A stretch of 61,950 nucleotides of DNA, filler included, from Hausera hauseri (GCA_046269625.1; 11 parts of 11 records of this genome joined end to end with filler, not necessarily neighbours in it); one strand, 5' to 3'; numbered from the whole stretch's first letter, positions 50,101 through 61,950 are shown. Notes: generated by a model not told the origin, from the letters alone. Translations and numbers: made by a program.

Positions 50101-52664
50101 TTTGTCATACGTTGTTTACTTCTGCAGCACGGTATACACGAGTCCCTGTTAGATTGTCGACGCCAGTACACCTTACGGGATGACGCAGATCGAACCACAC
50201 GTCGCCCATCGTTGTCGATCGTGTCGGTTTTGCTTTCATTACAACAATTTGAACGAAACGTAAATTAAAGATTCGGTAAAATGGGACAAAATAATGAAAA
50301 CCATGCACCCATACCGCCAAACATCGAGTACTTATATCAATTGTTTATACTGTTCACCCGAAGAGACCACTGATTAATGACGCGGCGACCGGTAAAATTG
50401 CACTAAGGCATCCTCCGTCTTGCTGGTACATGACCTCCTGTTTAAGTCGTTTACTCCGAGCGTTGGCAAGGCTGATGAGTCGTTTTCGATACTTTAGTAA
50501 ATTCCTCTTCCCACTACCAATGTCAACATGGCCCACAACAATATTGTACAAAATTTCCATTGATTCGTCTACTACAAATTGCGGGAATGATCGTAAAATG
50601 TTTCGCTTATGTCTCGTATGCGCCTTAAGCAAAGCAATAAAGTACGGCTGACTACGTTTTAATCGCATTTTTGGACGTATTGATGGTGATGCTACGTAGT
50701 TGTTTATAACCGTTGCCACTGTGACGGTAATTTGCGTCTAGTTGCTGCTGCTGTTGTTGTTCGAGGCACAGAATTGATTAATCGCTTGACTGTAGCGGTT
50801 TGTTTTGATACATGTTTATTGCTATACATCAGCTTGGTAGGTTTACGTTTAACAATTGTTTTTTGGAAATTTTTCATTTTATAGCAATTATGTCGATTTT
50901 TGATTTTGTTCATAGACGCATACACCTTTCTGATTGAAAATGTCTGTTCATTCACGCATGTCATCGGGACACTGTTGGTTGAAGTCAATGAACAAATATT
51001 CGTGTGGTTCGGTAGTAACATCATGATATGCATCTATCAAGTAGGCTCGATTGTGAGGAAATGCTTGTCGTGCAACGTAATCAATGATAGTCTGATCCCG
51101 AGGATTTTTGAACAACACCAAATAGTGTACGTTTAGACTTCTTGTTCTATGCTGTCCGCCCTGGTGGGACATTTTTGCGTTTTGAAGATAACTGTCACAC
51201 CACGGTGCCGTGCAATCTTTGTGAACAGGTTGTTGAGGTCGGTTTGTTTCGTTGCCTCTTGAAAGAAATTGTCAATGACAATAACGTCATCGTTGCGCAA
51301 TCGTTCAGATCAGTTCTTATCAAACCCATCAATTACCATTGTGAGGAGGAGTTGAAACGGATATTAAGGTTTAAATTTAATTCAAAGGTAATTCAGTAAA
51401 CAGCCAACAGAAAGTCAGGAAATTCAAAAAAGAAGGAAAATAAGGCTCATTTCCCGAATGAAGGAGATAAATGTTATACAAACTTTTATAATAAATATCT
51501 TATGGATAAATCAATCTTACAATCATCAAGTGATGTTGATGTCGGGATGGTAGAGACGCGATTTACTCACAAAAGTAAAATGAAATTTAATTAAAATCCA
51601 AATTTAAACTAAAATTAAACTCAATTTAAATCAAAAATTTAAGTTAATATTGAACTTTTTCTTGAAATCAAATTTAAGATAAAGTTATATTTAATTTAAA
51701 AATAAATTTTACTTAAAACTAAATTCAATTCACAAGGCAGAAGAATGCAGTACCTGCCGGATGAGCCGCAATCAATGGCGGAGCTCAAGGTATTGGGATA
51801 TAAAATGTCCAACACAGGTAAATCATCGTCAATGATGGAAATTCAAAGGGTTTCAGAATTCTCGTTGGACTTTGAAGGTCAATCATTTATTATTTCTTTC
51901 TTTGGATTAATAAAGTTTTACTGTTTTCTTTTTTCATTGTCTTACTAATAACTTCTTTTTAAGTTACTTTACAATAAACAATAATATTACAAATGCATTT
52001 AAAATCAAATTTCAATTAAAATAAAATTTACCTTAACTTAAAATCATACATAAAATAGAATTTTACTTCAAATCAAAAATTATTTTAAAATCAAATTTAA
52101 CCAATAATAAAGTTTAATTTAATATCAAACTAACAAAGATACATGAGGTAATATAATCCACCTTGTTTTTACAGCACAGGAGATGTCTTTGTTTAAAACA
52201 GCAGGCAGGTTTTTTACCTCTGTTATGATTAAAAAAAACTTGAACAGAAGCTCTGTGTCCTAGAACGTAAGAAGATTTTTATAACTGCTGGCCAGAGGGG
52301 ACAGTGGAGGCTGTAAATGTCATTAAAAACCAGAGATCAATGAAGCTCAGACAGAAAGTGGAGGACTCACTTTAAAACTTTTAGTTATTGTCTCGATGGC
52401 AACAGAACTTAACGAGGCTCAGAGCGCATGAGTGTGTGAAAGAAAATCAAAAAGAGGGACACAAGTGTATGGAACAAACGCAGGCACCTCCGAGAGCAAG
52501 AGCTTCAAAACACTCCTTTTACTCAAGTCCAGACCAACGCTTGTTGTGATTGGAGGGTTGGGGCAAAGCAGTGAGATGAGGAATAATAATAATCAGCAGA
52601 GCAGCAAATCATCCAACGCAAAGGGCGTGCAAAAGTTTGGAGACAGTCACATGCAGCATAGAAG

Positions 52665-52960
52665 CTAGTTGATGTTTCTGCAACAGGAATGTTTTCTTCA
52701 ATTAGTATCTGAGTCATTAACCTTTGAAATACTGAGGGAGCTATTTTTAAACCAAATGGCATTCGTTTGAATTGATAAATTCCTCGTGGTACTCTAAAAG
52801 CTGTCTTGTACCTATCTTCTTTGGCAATTTTAACATGCCAGAATCCACATTGGAAATCGATCGTAATGTAAAATTCGCTGTTCTTCAGCTTTTCGATTAT
52901 TTCTTTTATTTTTGGTAGTGGAAACGTATCACTTATTATAAAGTTATTTATATGTCGAAA
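52665..52960 (-). mobile_element. Ty3/Gypsy reverse transcriptase fragment
   Basis: DTFPLPKI..IDFQCGFWHV..DRYKTAF..YQFKRMPFGLKIAPSVFQRLM. Confidence 0.9.
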
Positions 52961-53379
52961 NNNNNNNNNNNNNNNNNNNNNNNNNNNNNNNNNNNNNNNN
53001 NNNNTTAATTAATTAANNNNNNNNNNNNNNNNNNNNNNNNNNNNNNNNNNNNNNNNNNNNGGTATGGTTTACTATTGGCAAAGATTGCTGGTAATGTATT
53101 ATTACGTGCTGGGGAAAAATCTTTTCACGTAGTAAAAATCCAGTGAAGCATTAAAGGAAGCTGAAATGGATATATGACCGGCAGCCAAGTCTCATGCCAA
53201 TTTCTACACCATAGATCATGTTGATGGGCAAAAGAGGATAGTTCTAAACGCTGCATTTTCAGAATTACGAATGTGTATATGAACGTAATAAATTGGTAGC
53301 TATACCAATAAACATTACATGTATTTGTAACAATACAACAAAGTCATAACAATGCATAACAACAATATAACAATGCTAT

Positions 53380-55447
53380 TCACAGCATGCCCATATTTGC
53401 CGCATGTCCGTGAGGCAGCATGCATATTCCATTATCCAGGATGTGTCTGTTGTCATCCATCCAATCTGGGCTCTTCTTCCACAGCATTACAGTTTCGATG
53501 TTGAGGCCTGGATAGGATCCTTCGCATTTCGGATATTATGTGTGCTTGCTCCTGCAGAACTCTCACATAGTCAGCGAAGCTGATTTTCTTTGCTAAGGTG
53601 GCTCTTTGAACACCTTTGACCCACTTCTTTACTTGGCCACATACATCAATGGCGTACATTTTTGATCTTAACGCCACGAATCTTGAGATGATTGCCCTAT
53701 TCATCTCATTTTCCAATTTCCCAAGGATATGTTTGTTCTTCACAGAGAAGTTCCTATGGTCTTTTGGATAGTCGGACATATCCAAATGCTGTGCCAAATG
53801 AACAAAGTCCTCATATATGTTGTCCGTATAAATCTGATATATGAATCTATCGGTATCCATATACATAAGCTGCAGAATCTTGTACGTGGGGACCATGATT
53901 CCGTAGTGGAAGTCTTACGTCAAGGTGTTTGACATGTCCAGTATTGACATACCCACATATTGGCTTGTCGAATTCTAGAGATATCTTGAGCATATGGATG
54001 ATGATCAAGTTCTCTGTGTATATGGTGCTGTTGTTGAAATTCGGCTTAGCAATTAGCTTCTTGGCTCGCTTCCACTCACATACTAACTCCATTCTGATCA
54101 TGTTCCGGATATTTTCCATCGTTTTGCCAAAACCGCTATTGTTATACAGCTTGGATTGACCCTTTCAAAGTCATTTTTGGCATTGGCCCGCTGCGTATTG
54201 AGATCTATATAAGGTTTCAACCACGTGGACTGGCTGAACTTCAGGGCCCAATGGATCTGCATGATGCGGAGTCCATTCTTCATTGCTTGCTGGAGATTGA
54301 TATTATGGGCTACATGCCTCTCCCTATTCTCCACATGGCAGAGCAGCTTTCTGTGTTTACCATTACGTGGATGCTTGCTCTTAGGGAGGAAAGGCAGCTG
54401 TTCATGCCTTGTATGGATATTATGCGCATTTTCAATATCCACCTCCAGTATGTAGTCCGTACCTCCAGTTGGATCCAGGTCCAGGATAGGGATGTCTTCA
54501 GGATGTTCGACCCACTTGAAGTTATCATACGGCAATGGGGCTCTCATTGTCCATCCATATAGGTTGTCGGCATCCATGTAGGTAATATAGGAGGATGCCT
54601 TGGATGGATCATATTCGGCCATATACATGTTATTGGCCTCACTGTACCAGCGAATGACCTGGCATATTCCACCTCTAATGCCTCGCTCGATCATGAGGAA
54701 CATGTCATAATCCTTCAAACATTGCTACCCGACTCATTCCTGGAGCTGTTAAGAAATGAGCTGGATCCAACTTGTGGCTTACAAGTGTTACATCCCTGAA
54801 ACTTTCAGTAGCAGCACGTCCTTCTTGAGGTATACATCACTGTATTCTCCTACTGTCCTACATTTGAATACTTCCCAAACCTTTTGTGCGTGTTGATAAT
54901 CCGTATCACTGATATCACTGTCTGAGAGATGACTGTAAAAGTCTTTTTTGGCAGGCAATGCTGTTTCATCCGGTGATTCCCATGATATGATGTAATCATA
55001 GGGAAACACTCCTTTCCTCTTGACCAAGTCAAATGTAGTAGGAAAGAACCGCTTCGTCTCCTTCAGTTCTGCTGGAAGGTTCTTCACTAGGCTGTCAAGT
55101 GAAGAAGACATGAATCGAAAACTGTCTACCAAACGGAGTCTGACTTTTCCAACATGCTTCGTAAATGTGACATATTTCTTCTCACTGTTTGGGACAACAC
55201 CAATATTCCCCTAAATGTTCCTTAGTTCCCGAACAATAAAGTGGGAATCATATCCACTGAGGTTGTGGAATGCAGCGGGCTCAAATGTCACTGTTCTGCA
55301 ACGTAGATTGCAATTGTTGCAGGCTGTGCCTCAATATTTTCCTGTAGCGGATCAGTGATCCCTGACTTTGCGATTCTCCGCTGTGAAGGATTTTGAGCAC
55401 AAGTAACATATTGTTGCCTCGAGCCACTTTTCTTGTTCCTTAAACAT
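53380..55447 (-). pseudogene. Protein-primed family B DNA polymerase (Polinton pPolB), degraded
   Basis: CYLC..VRDH..TGKY.G.ACNNCNL insertion, FHNLSGYDSHFI (ExoII), DSFRFM, KGVFPYDY, YLKKDVLLL (ExoIII), YMDADNLYGW (motif A), YMDTD (motif C), LRSKMYA, KGV. Confidence 0.93.
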
Positions 55448-55449
55448 GC

Positions 55450-56400
55450 TCATTGTATCCAATACCTTATGTTGCTGCAACATATCTCCAATATATGGGC
55501 CATATCTTCTAATCTGGTCATAAAATGTGCATCTGCATTTGGACCCGTACTACGGGAAAAATGGCGGTTCGGTCCCACCCCAAGGAATCGATACTGCACA
55601 TGTGCCAATTGATAGTGCACATGGTGCACTATCGACCAATAGAGTGCTAGGCGACGGTACCGATAGGCACCGTTGCTAGGAGCACTTTTGCACTTTTCAC
55701 AAATCGATCGCTGCACAGTGTAGTATTGATCGAATCGATCGGGACAAAGTGCTAATCGATAGCGCACATCAGTGCGCATCGATTGGTGCACATTCCAGGT
55801 ATGCAGCACATGTGCAAGTGTGCAAAAATCAATAATATTGAATTTCCGATAATCCCAATATTGATGATTAGCACTCGGCACCGGGTGAAATCGGTAGCAC
55901 ACATGATGCGCTATGTGAATGTGCAGTTAGAATTTAAATCGGTTGATTGGTGTTCGAATAATTCGCAAGTGGGACCGAACCGCCACAGGCCTTTCCGCTA
56001 TAAATTTTAAATCAATAATATCAATAGGGCACATATACTGGCGGGTGCAGTACTTGATGTACTATCATTCAGTGCAATACTCGGTATTGGTGTGCTCTTG
56101 GATACGGTTGCCAGGGCACTTTTTCACTTTGCACATTTTTGCAGTTGTGCAGCGTAGGATTGATGGAATTGTTCGGGGTCAAGTGCGAGTGGATAGAGCA
56201 CATCGAGATGCACCTTAATATATGGTGTGCAGTGCAAAAACATGTGTGCAAGTGTGCAAAAATCAATAATATCGAATTTCTGATAAATCACATATGGATG
56301 ATTAGCACTCAGGACCGGGGGCATGCAGACACAAACACGGTGTAGTATATGAATGTGCAGTTAGAATGTAAATTTATTGATTAGTTATTGAATAATATCG
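55450..56400 (-). repeat. Diverged tandem duplication (two units of roughly 400-500 bp), each with a related ORF of unknown function
   Basis: Shared TGTGCAAGTGTGCAAAAATCAATAATAT..TGATTAGCACTC and TGAATGTGCAGTTAGAAT; shared peptide SANHxY..KFxIIDFCTLAH. Confidence 0.75.
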
Positions 56401-57160
56401 ATCAAAATTGCAAATAGGTTATTTATTCAACATGTTGTTTAAGCCTATGGCAGCAAAATTCGACCCAACATTGAGCGGGGACAGAGAGGAAATAGAATAT
56501 CCCAAACTCGAATATCGAGTTGAAAACTCGATATTCAAAGAATTCAAACACGAAAATCGAAGTTTGAACTATTCGAAAAATCTGATGGCAGAAATCGATT
56601 CCTCGTATTTGACAACCCCCATGTGCATAAAAATTAATTCATGAAAACGTACTACACAGATACAAAATCAATATTTCGAATTAAGCAAAATGTAAATTTA
56701 AAGTGAAGTGAATCGGAAATCGATAAATTTTTAAGCGTACATGGATTGGAAAGTATATGCGAGGAATCGGAATATGAAGTTAGATGATCGAAAAGTATAT
56801 TCGAACTCGAAGAAATATTAATTCGAACTCGAATATTTGATGAAGCGTGCATTATTTGAAGAATCTGATGTTGCCAATCGATTCGGCATGTATGAAAACC
56901 TATTTAAAAATGGCGTGCGTGATAACGTAAATCATTTGATGCTTTAAAACAAAGTCGTGATGTTGACAAGAAATGGTACGTGACAATTTTATGCATTTGA
57001 TGCATTAAAACAAATGAACATTATATGGACTATAAAACAACCATATTCATTGTTGAATTTNNNNNNNNNNNNNNNNNNNNNNNNNNNNNNNNNNNNNNNN
57101 NNNNTTAATTAATTAANNNNNNNNNNNNNNNNNNNNNNNNNNNNNNNNNNNNNNNNNNNN

Positions 57161-60100
57161 GCGAGGTGTAAGATCGGAATTCGAACCATTATCGTATTAA
57201 GTTTTTACCCCTACTATTTTTTCTATTTTTTTACATTGGTGCATCGGCCGGGAAATTCCAGTCGAGCACCTTTCGCGTTAAGATTATTCCTGTAGGACTT
57301 TGTGCCTTCGATTTAGAACTTTCGATTTACATTACCAAGGGATTGCGTGGATTACTCTGCCAAAGGTGTGTATTTAGAAGAATTATTCATTTGGATAAGA
57401 GAGGTAAGTCGATTTGAATATTTCAATATGGATATCGAAAAGGTAAAAAAGAACAGATCAACTTTGAAAGCTTCCACTACGAGGTTGCTAAAAAAAATCG
57501 ATCAGAATTTAAATAATCCCGATTTAGATGAACTCGAAATTAACTTGATGCAATTAAATGAAAAAATGAATTCTTTGAAAATTGTTAATAATGAACTTTT
57601 AGTCGCTATAAAAAATGAAGATGTGGAATCAGAAGTCGAGAAATCTGAGGAATACAGCGAAAATTTGTTGGTTTATAAATATAAATTGTCTAAGAAAATT
57701 AAAGAACTAAGTTCTCATGTTGCAAACAATACCGTTGAAACCAACATACCTTCTTCAAATATTGGCACACATCCACCCAACAATTCTATTAAATTACCCA
57801 AACTTACTATAAACAAATTCTACGGAGACCCTGCAAACTGGTTGGAATTTATCGGTCAATTTGAAAATGCGATTGATAACAATTCTAGCTTATCTAAAAT
57901 ACAAAAACTAATTTATTTGAAAAACTTTCTTGGTGGTTCTGCAGCTAAAACAATTTCTGGGTTTGCTTTTAAAGAAGAAAATTATGACACAGCATTAAAA
58001 CTCTTGAAATCTAGATATGGCCAAAAAAACCTTCTGATTAACTGTCACATAAATCATCTTTTGAATATTTCCCCTGTCAGAAATTCAAATGATACAAATG
58101 GCCTTAGAAAATTATTAGATGATGCTGAAACGCAAATCAGAAATTTGGAATCCTTAAAAATAGATTCTGTATCCTATGGTAATTTACTAACTCCAATATT
58201 ATTAAAATTACTACCCTCCGAATTAACACTGGAATTTAGCAGAAAAAACACAGGCGAGAATTGGGATTTAGAAGCTCTTCTAACGTTTTTAAGAACAGAA
58301 ATATCGTCACGCGAAAGAGCCCTCTCCATTAATTCACCCCCTAGAGATAGAAAATTTATTCGCCCAGAAATACCCAATGCAGATCGGTCAAGAACAAATA
58401 TTCGAACGCAAGAAAAACCCTCTGCTCATGAGTTTCTAGCGAATGTCAAGAATTATTGCTTGTTCTGCAAAACTGAAAACCACATGTCACATGACTGTTC
58501 CAATATGAAAATTGATAACAAAAAAGAACTGTTAAGAAAAGAAGGGAGGTGTTTTCTGTGTTTAAAACCGAAGCACAAAATCAGCGAATGCTATAGTAAG
58601 GAAAAGTGTGGATTTTGCAATAATAAACATTCCAAGGCTATTTGCTACCGTTTACACCAGAAAGGGGGGGATGCTGCAGACGGCACTAATTCAGAATTGA
58701 AGATTATTTCCGCTGTTTCTCCATGTGAAAACGAAACTAACTTTAAAACAAATAGAATTCTTCTACAGACGGCTTCAGCTCTAATTAGAAAAAATGAACA
58801 CGAAGAAAATATTACATTGCTTTTTGATTGCGGTGCTATGAGATCATTTATTTCTCAGGAAATATGCCGAAAGTTAAACTTACCTATACATAGAAAAGAA
58901 AAACTTTCTGTTTATTCGTTTGGCGATAGAACTCCTTTAGAAAAGACTTTTAATATCGTAAAGGTCAATTTAGAAAACAGAGAAGACCCAAATTTGAAAA
59001 TAGAAATCGAAGCTTTAGAAATAGAAAATATATCCACTGCCCATATTTCCCCGCCAGATTGTAAACAGTTAAATAAAATAAAACAACTGAAAGGTTTGCA
59101 ATTAGCAGATTCATATATACGAAATCGAAATGATCGTATAGATATTCTCATTGGAGCGGATTACTATTGTGCAGCGGTGACTGGGAGAATAAAACGTATC
59201 AATAAGAAACTTGTAGCGACTGAAACTGTATTTGGGTGGTGTTTGTTGGGTGAAAACAATTCAGTGTGTAATGATATATTAACGATGAAGGTTATTATTG
59301 AAGAAAATAATATTTCTGACCAAATAAGAAAATTTTGGCAGTTAGAAAATATTGGCATAGAACCTGTTGATGATTCACAAAATAGTTTTGATGAGAAAAT
59401 TTTAAATGATTTCGAATCTAGTGTTAAATATTGTGCTAATAGATATAAAGTTAATCTTCCTTGGAAACCTAATTGTAAACATTTGTTGGATGACAATTAT
59501 GATGTGGCATTACAAAGGTTTTCAAGACTTAAATTGAAGTTTGTTAATGATTCTCACTTGTTTACTGGATATAATAATGTGCTAAAAAATTACCTAGATA
59601 AAAACATTATAGAAAAGGTCCCTGACTGTGAAGAAAACAAAACCGAAAATCCTGTATTCTATCTACCACATAGAGCGATAATACGCGAAGACAAAATAAC
59701 CAGTAAAGAGAATCCAGCGGACGTTCTTTCTAGAGGATCACCTGTTGAAGATTTAATTGGAAATGAATTGTGGTGGTCTGGACCACCTTGGCTACGACTA
59801 CCGTCTCAATTTTGGCCACAGGCTGAGAAATTAACCACTAAAAACACAGAATTAGAACTAAAAGCAAAGTACAAAAACGTAATTCAAAATGAATGCATAG
59901 TTGAACCTAAGGAAGCACTCTTAAACACTGATAAATACAGTAGTCTGACAAAATTACTCAGAATTACTGCTTGGATACTACGATTCGTATTTAATTTAAG
60001 AAATTCTCTTAAACGCTGTAAACAACTTTCAACCGAAGAACTGCACCATGCCGAGGGATATTGGATTCGAATTACTCAAACTCAACATTACAAATCTGAA

Positions 60101-61950
60101 ATTTTAGAGCTCGAAAAGAATAAATGTGTTAAACCCAATTCACATATTATAAAGCTAGCTCCTTATCTAGACGAAAGAAGACTTATTCGAATTAAAGGTC
60201 GACTAGAGGAATCAGAGTTTACCCTTGATGAGAAACAACCAATCCTTTTACCTCGAAATTCCAAGTTCACGAAACTTTTGATAATAAAAGAACACGAAAA
60301 TATGATGCATGGAGGAGTGTCATTGACTTTAATGAAAATAAGAGAAAGGTACTGGGTCCCTAAAGCGCGACAATTAGTTAAGAAAATAATTAGAAATTGT
60401 TTGATTTGTAGAAAATGCTCAGTGAAACCAGCTAACCAAATGACGGGTCAGTTACCTAAGGATAGAATTTCCGAAACCCCTCCTTTCGACGTCTGCGGAG
60501 TGGATTTCGCGGGACCAGTCTATGTTAAGAATGAGTCCGGCGATACGAAAACGAAAAAGTCATACATCACTTTGTTTACATGTGCGGTCACACGAGCTAT
60601 ACATTTAGAGCTAATCTCAAGTCTATCAACAGAATCTTTCCTTTTAGCTCTAAGAAGATTCGTATCCCGAAGAGGAAACATTAGTATAATTTATTCTGAC
60701 AATGCAAAGACCTTCAAGAGTGCTCATAAAGAATTACAATATTTTTCTAAAATTGTTGAAGACAGGAAACTACAAGATTTCGTAACTAGCAAGAAAATAA
60801 ATTGGAAATACATCGTTGAGCGTGCCCCATGGTGGGGAGGGTTCTACGAACGTCTCGTAAAGTCAATCAAAGACCCCCTAAGAAAAATTTTGGGTAGAGC
60901 ACTCCTGACTTTCGAAGAATTGACAACAGTTTTAACAGAAATTGAACACATTATAAATTCAAGACCCCTAACCTACATTTATGATGATCCGAATGAACCC
61001 ACACCTTTGACTCCAGCACATTTTTTGCGATTTGGAAAAAACGACTTCAGCCATCCTCAAACCTTTGCTGGACTAGAAAATAAGATTTCCTCCAAAAAAT
61101 CCTTAGTTAAAAGAAAAATGTATCAATCAAAATTGCTAGAACAGTTGTGGATCAAATGGAAACACCAATACCTATTGGACTTAAAGACCGCACATCACTT
61201 TAAAACTCCAGAATCGCATAGGAATCTCAAAGTTGGTGAAGTTGTGCTTGTAGATGGAACATCGAAATCCAAGTTACTGTGGGACATGGCAATAATCAAG
61301 GAACTCTTGGAAGGACGTGATGGACATATTCGTGCTTGTGTCGTGAAAACAGCTAGAGGACTGTTCAGAAAACCAGTTCAATTGCTGTACCCTCTGGAAA
61401 TAAGTGACTGAAGACTATAATTTTGACTTTTCGATAAGACTTTTAGATGTATCCTTTTAATTTAGTTCATATGATTTAAAGAAAGTATTTGTTCCATTGT
61501 CTTTTCATTGATAATATTTTATGTGTTCCTATATTGTATTCAAGTAACTGATTATCATCTATTACGTATATTACTTAAATTTAAATTTGTTCATTTCATT
61601 ACCTTTAGTTTTCCTTATATTCCATGAATATGTAATCTTTATTGTTTATTTGAATATTTTTGATCTAGATGAACTCTCTTAATGAGAGTTCAGGTGGGGA
61701 GTGTGGCAAAAGACTCCTGAAGGGGGCGCTGCGACGCCCGGTCTGAGTGCAAGACTTTGTTTTGATTTGGAGTTAGAGTGTACTTTGATCCAAAATTATG
61801 TGGCATTGATTTAGATCCGGGCTTGTCACCGGAAAATAGATAATTGTATATAGATTTAATTGTATTAAACATGTATTTAAATTTAGATTACCTCTCTTCA
61901 ATTAAATTGATTCGACTTTATGAAATATGTAGATTTAGAAACGCGCGAGG
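57161..61950 (+). mobile_element. BEL/Pao LTR retrotransposon, internally deleted (non-autonomous)
   Basis: Partial 5' LTR ending CA at 57235; PBS TGGTGCATCGGCCGGGAA (57237-57254, tRNA-Gly type); single ORF; PPT GGTGGGGAG followed by LTR TGT at 61702. Confidence 0.95.
57428..61411 (+). CDS. BEL/Pao Gag-PR-(delta RT/RH)-INT polyprotein
   Basis: KLPKLTINKFYGD gag; three Cys/His knuckles; LFDCGA protease; YLPHRAI..DKITSK joined directly to ENPAD; integrase H..HGG..CLIC, DFAGP, SDNA, WWGGFYER. Probable ATG at 57428. Confidence 0.93.
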   Translation: MDIEKVKKNRSTLKASTTRLLKKIDQNLNNPDLDELEINLMQLNEKMNSLKIVNNELLVAIKNEDVESEVEKSEEYSENLLVYKYKLSKKIKELSSHVANNTVETNIPSSNIGTHPPNNSIKLPKLTINKFYGDPANWLEFIGQFENAIDNNSSLSKIQKLIYLKNFLGGSAAKTISGFAFKEENYDTALKLLKSRYGQKNLLINCHINHLLNISPVRNSNDTNGLRKLLDDAETQIRNLESLKIDSVSYGNLLTPILLKLLPSELTLEFSRKNTGENWDLEALLTFLRTEISSRERALSINSPPRDRKFIRPEIPNADRSRTNIRTQEKPSAHEFLANVKNYCLFCKTENHMSHDCSNMKIDNKKELLRKEGRCFLCLKPKHKISECYSKEKCGFCNNKHSKAICYRLHQKGGDAADGTNSELKIISAVSPCENETNFKTNRILLQTASALIRKNEHEENITLLFDCGAMRSFISQEICRKLNLPIHRKEKLSVYSFGDRTPLEKTFNIVKVNLENREDPNLKIEIEALEIENISTAHISPPDCKQLNKIKQLKGLQLADSYIRNRNDRIDILIGADYYCAAVTGRIKRINKKLVATETVFGWCLLGENNSVCNDILTMKVIIEENNISDQIRKFWQLENIGIEPVDDSQNSFDEKILNDFESSVKYCANRYKVNLPWKPNCKHLLDDNYDVALQRFSRLKLKFVNDSHLFTGYNNVLKNYLDKNIIEKVPDCEENKTENPVFYLPHRAIIREDKITSKENPADVLSRGSPVEDLIGNELWWSGPPWLRLPSQFWPQAEKLTTKNTELELKAKYKNVIQNECIVEPKEALLNTDKYSSLTKLLRITAWILRFVFNLRNSLKRCKQLSTEELHHAEGYWIRITQTQHYKSEILELEKNKCVKPNSHIIKLAPYLDERRLIRIKGRLEESEFTLDEKQPILLPRNSKFTKLLIIKEHENMMHGGVSLTLMKIRERYWVPKARQLVKKIIRNCLICRKCSVKPANQMTGQLPKDRISETPPFDVCGVDFAGPVYVKNESGDTKTKKSYITLFTCAVTRAIHLELISSLSTESFLLALRRFVSRRGNISIIYSDNAKTFKSAHKELQYFSKIVEDRKLQDFVTSKKINWKYIVERAPWWGGFYERLVKSIKDPLRKILGRALLTFEELTTVLTEIEHIINSRPLTYIYDDPNEPTPLTPAHFLRFGKNDFSHPQTFAGLENKISSKKSLVKRKMYQSKLLEQLWIKWKHQYLLDLKTAHHFKTPESHRNLKVGEVVLVDGTSKSKLLWDMAIIKELLEGRDGHIRACVVKTARGLFRKPVQLLYPLEISD

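Larger units (their letters stand above)
45198..51330 (-). mobile_element. Polinton/Maverick virion module, copy C
   Basis: ATPase 3' half (~50889-51330), basic ORF, QxxGG ORF (50354-50668), integrase (~49279-50209), mCP1 (~48240-49283), mCP2 (47160-~48222), QxGxG ORF, MCP, protease. Confidence 0.92.

Noticed and set aside
45198-55447. Copy C plus pPolB as one complete Polinton
   Set aside because: They are separated by unrelated DNA, a Gypsy RT fragment and a contig linker.
6209-57160. Regularly recurring TTAATTAATTAA palindromes as a repeat array or CRISPR-like system
   Set aside because: Each is centred in an identical N spacer; it is an artificial six-frame-stop linker.

Overview
This window is not one locus. 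It is 11 short eukaryotic contigs joined by artificial 100-bp linkers (44 N + TTAATTAATTAA + 44 N), so gene order means something only within a contig. The source looks like an AT-rich metazoan with ~40-50 nt introns, and a few patches look vertebrate-like. Content: (i) three decayed copies (A, B, C) of one Polinton/Maverick (adintovirus-like) virion module: packaging ATPase, small core-like ORFs, DDE integrase, two tandem minor capsid genes, a QxGxG protein, major capsid protein and adenain-type protease. Copy B also has an unannotated, divergently oriented TATA-binding-protein-like gene, and a protein-primed PolB sits on a separate contig. (ii) Ty3/Gypsy pieces, several with unusual cargo: a degenerate DEDDh exonuclease plus a triple-RING ORF ending at the PPT/LTR; a ubiquitin-like + AT-hook ORF after gag; and an FN3-containing type I membrane ORF after integrase. 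(iii) A BEL/Pao element with one open 1354-aa frame from which RT and most of RNase H are deleted in frame. (iv) Damaged host-gene copies: twinfilin, ABCE1, an Ig-domain gene, UBA3, and SNRNP200/Brr2 interrupted by a solo LTR. All family assignments come from motif recognition by eye; no database searches were run.
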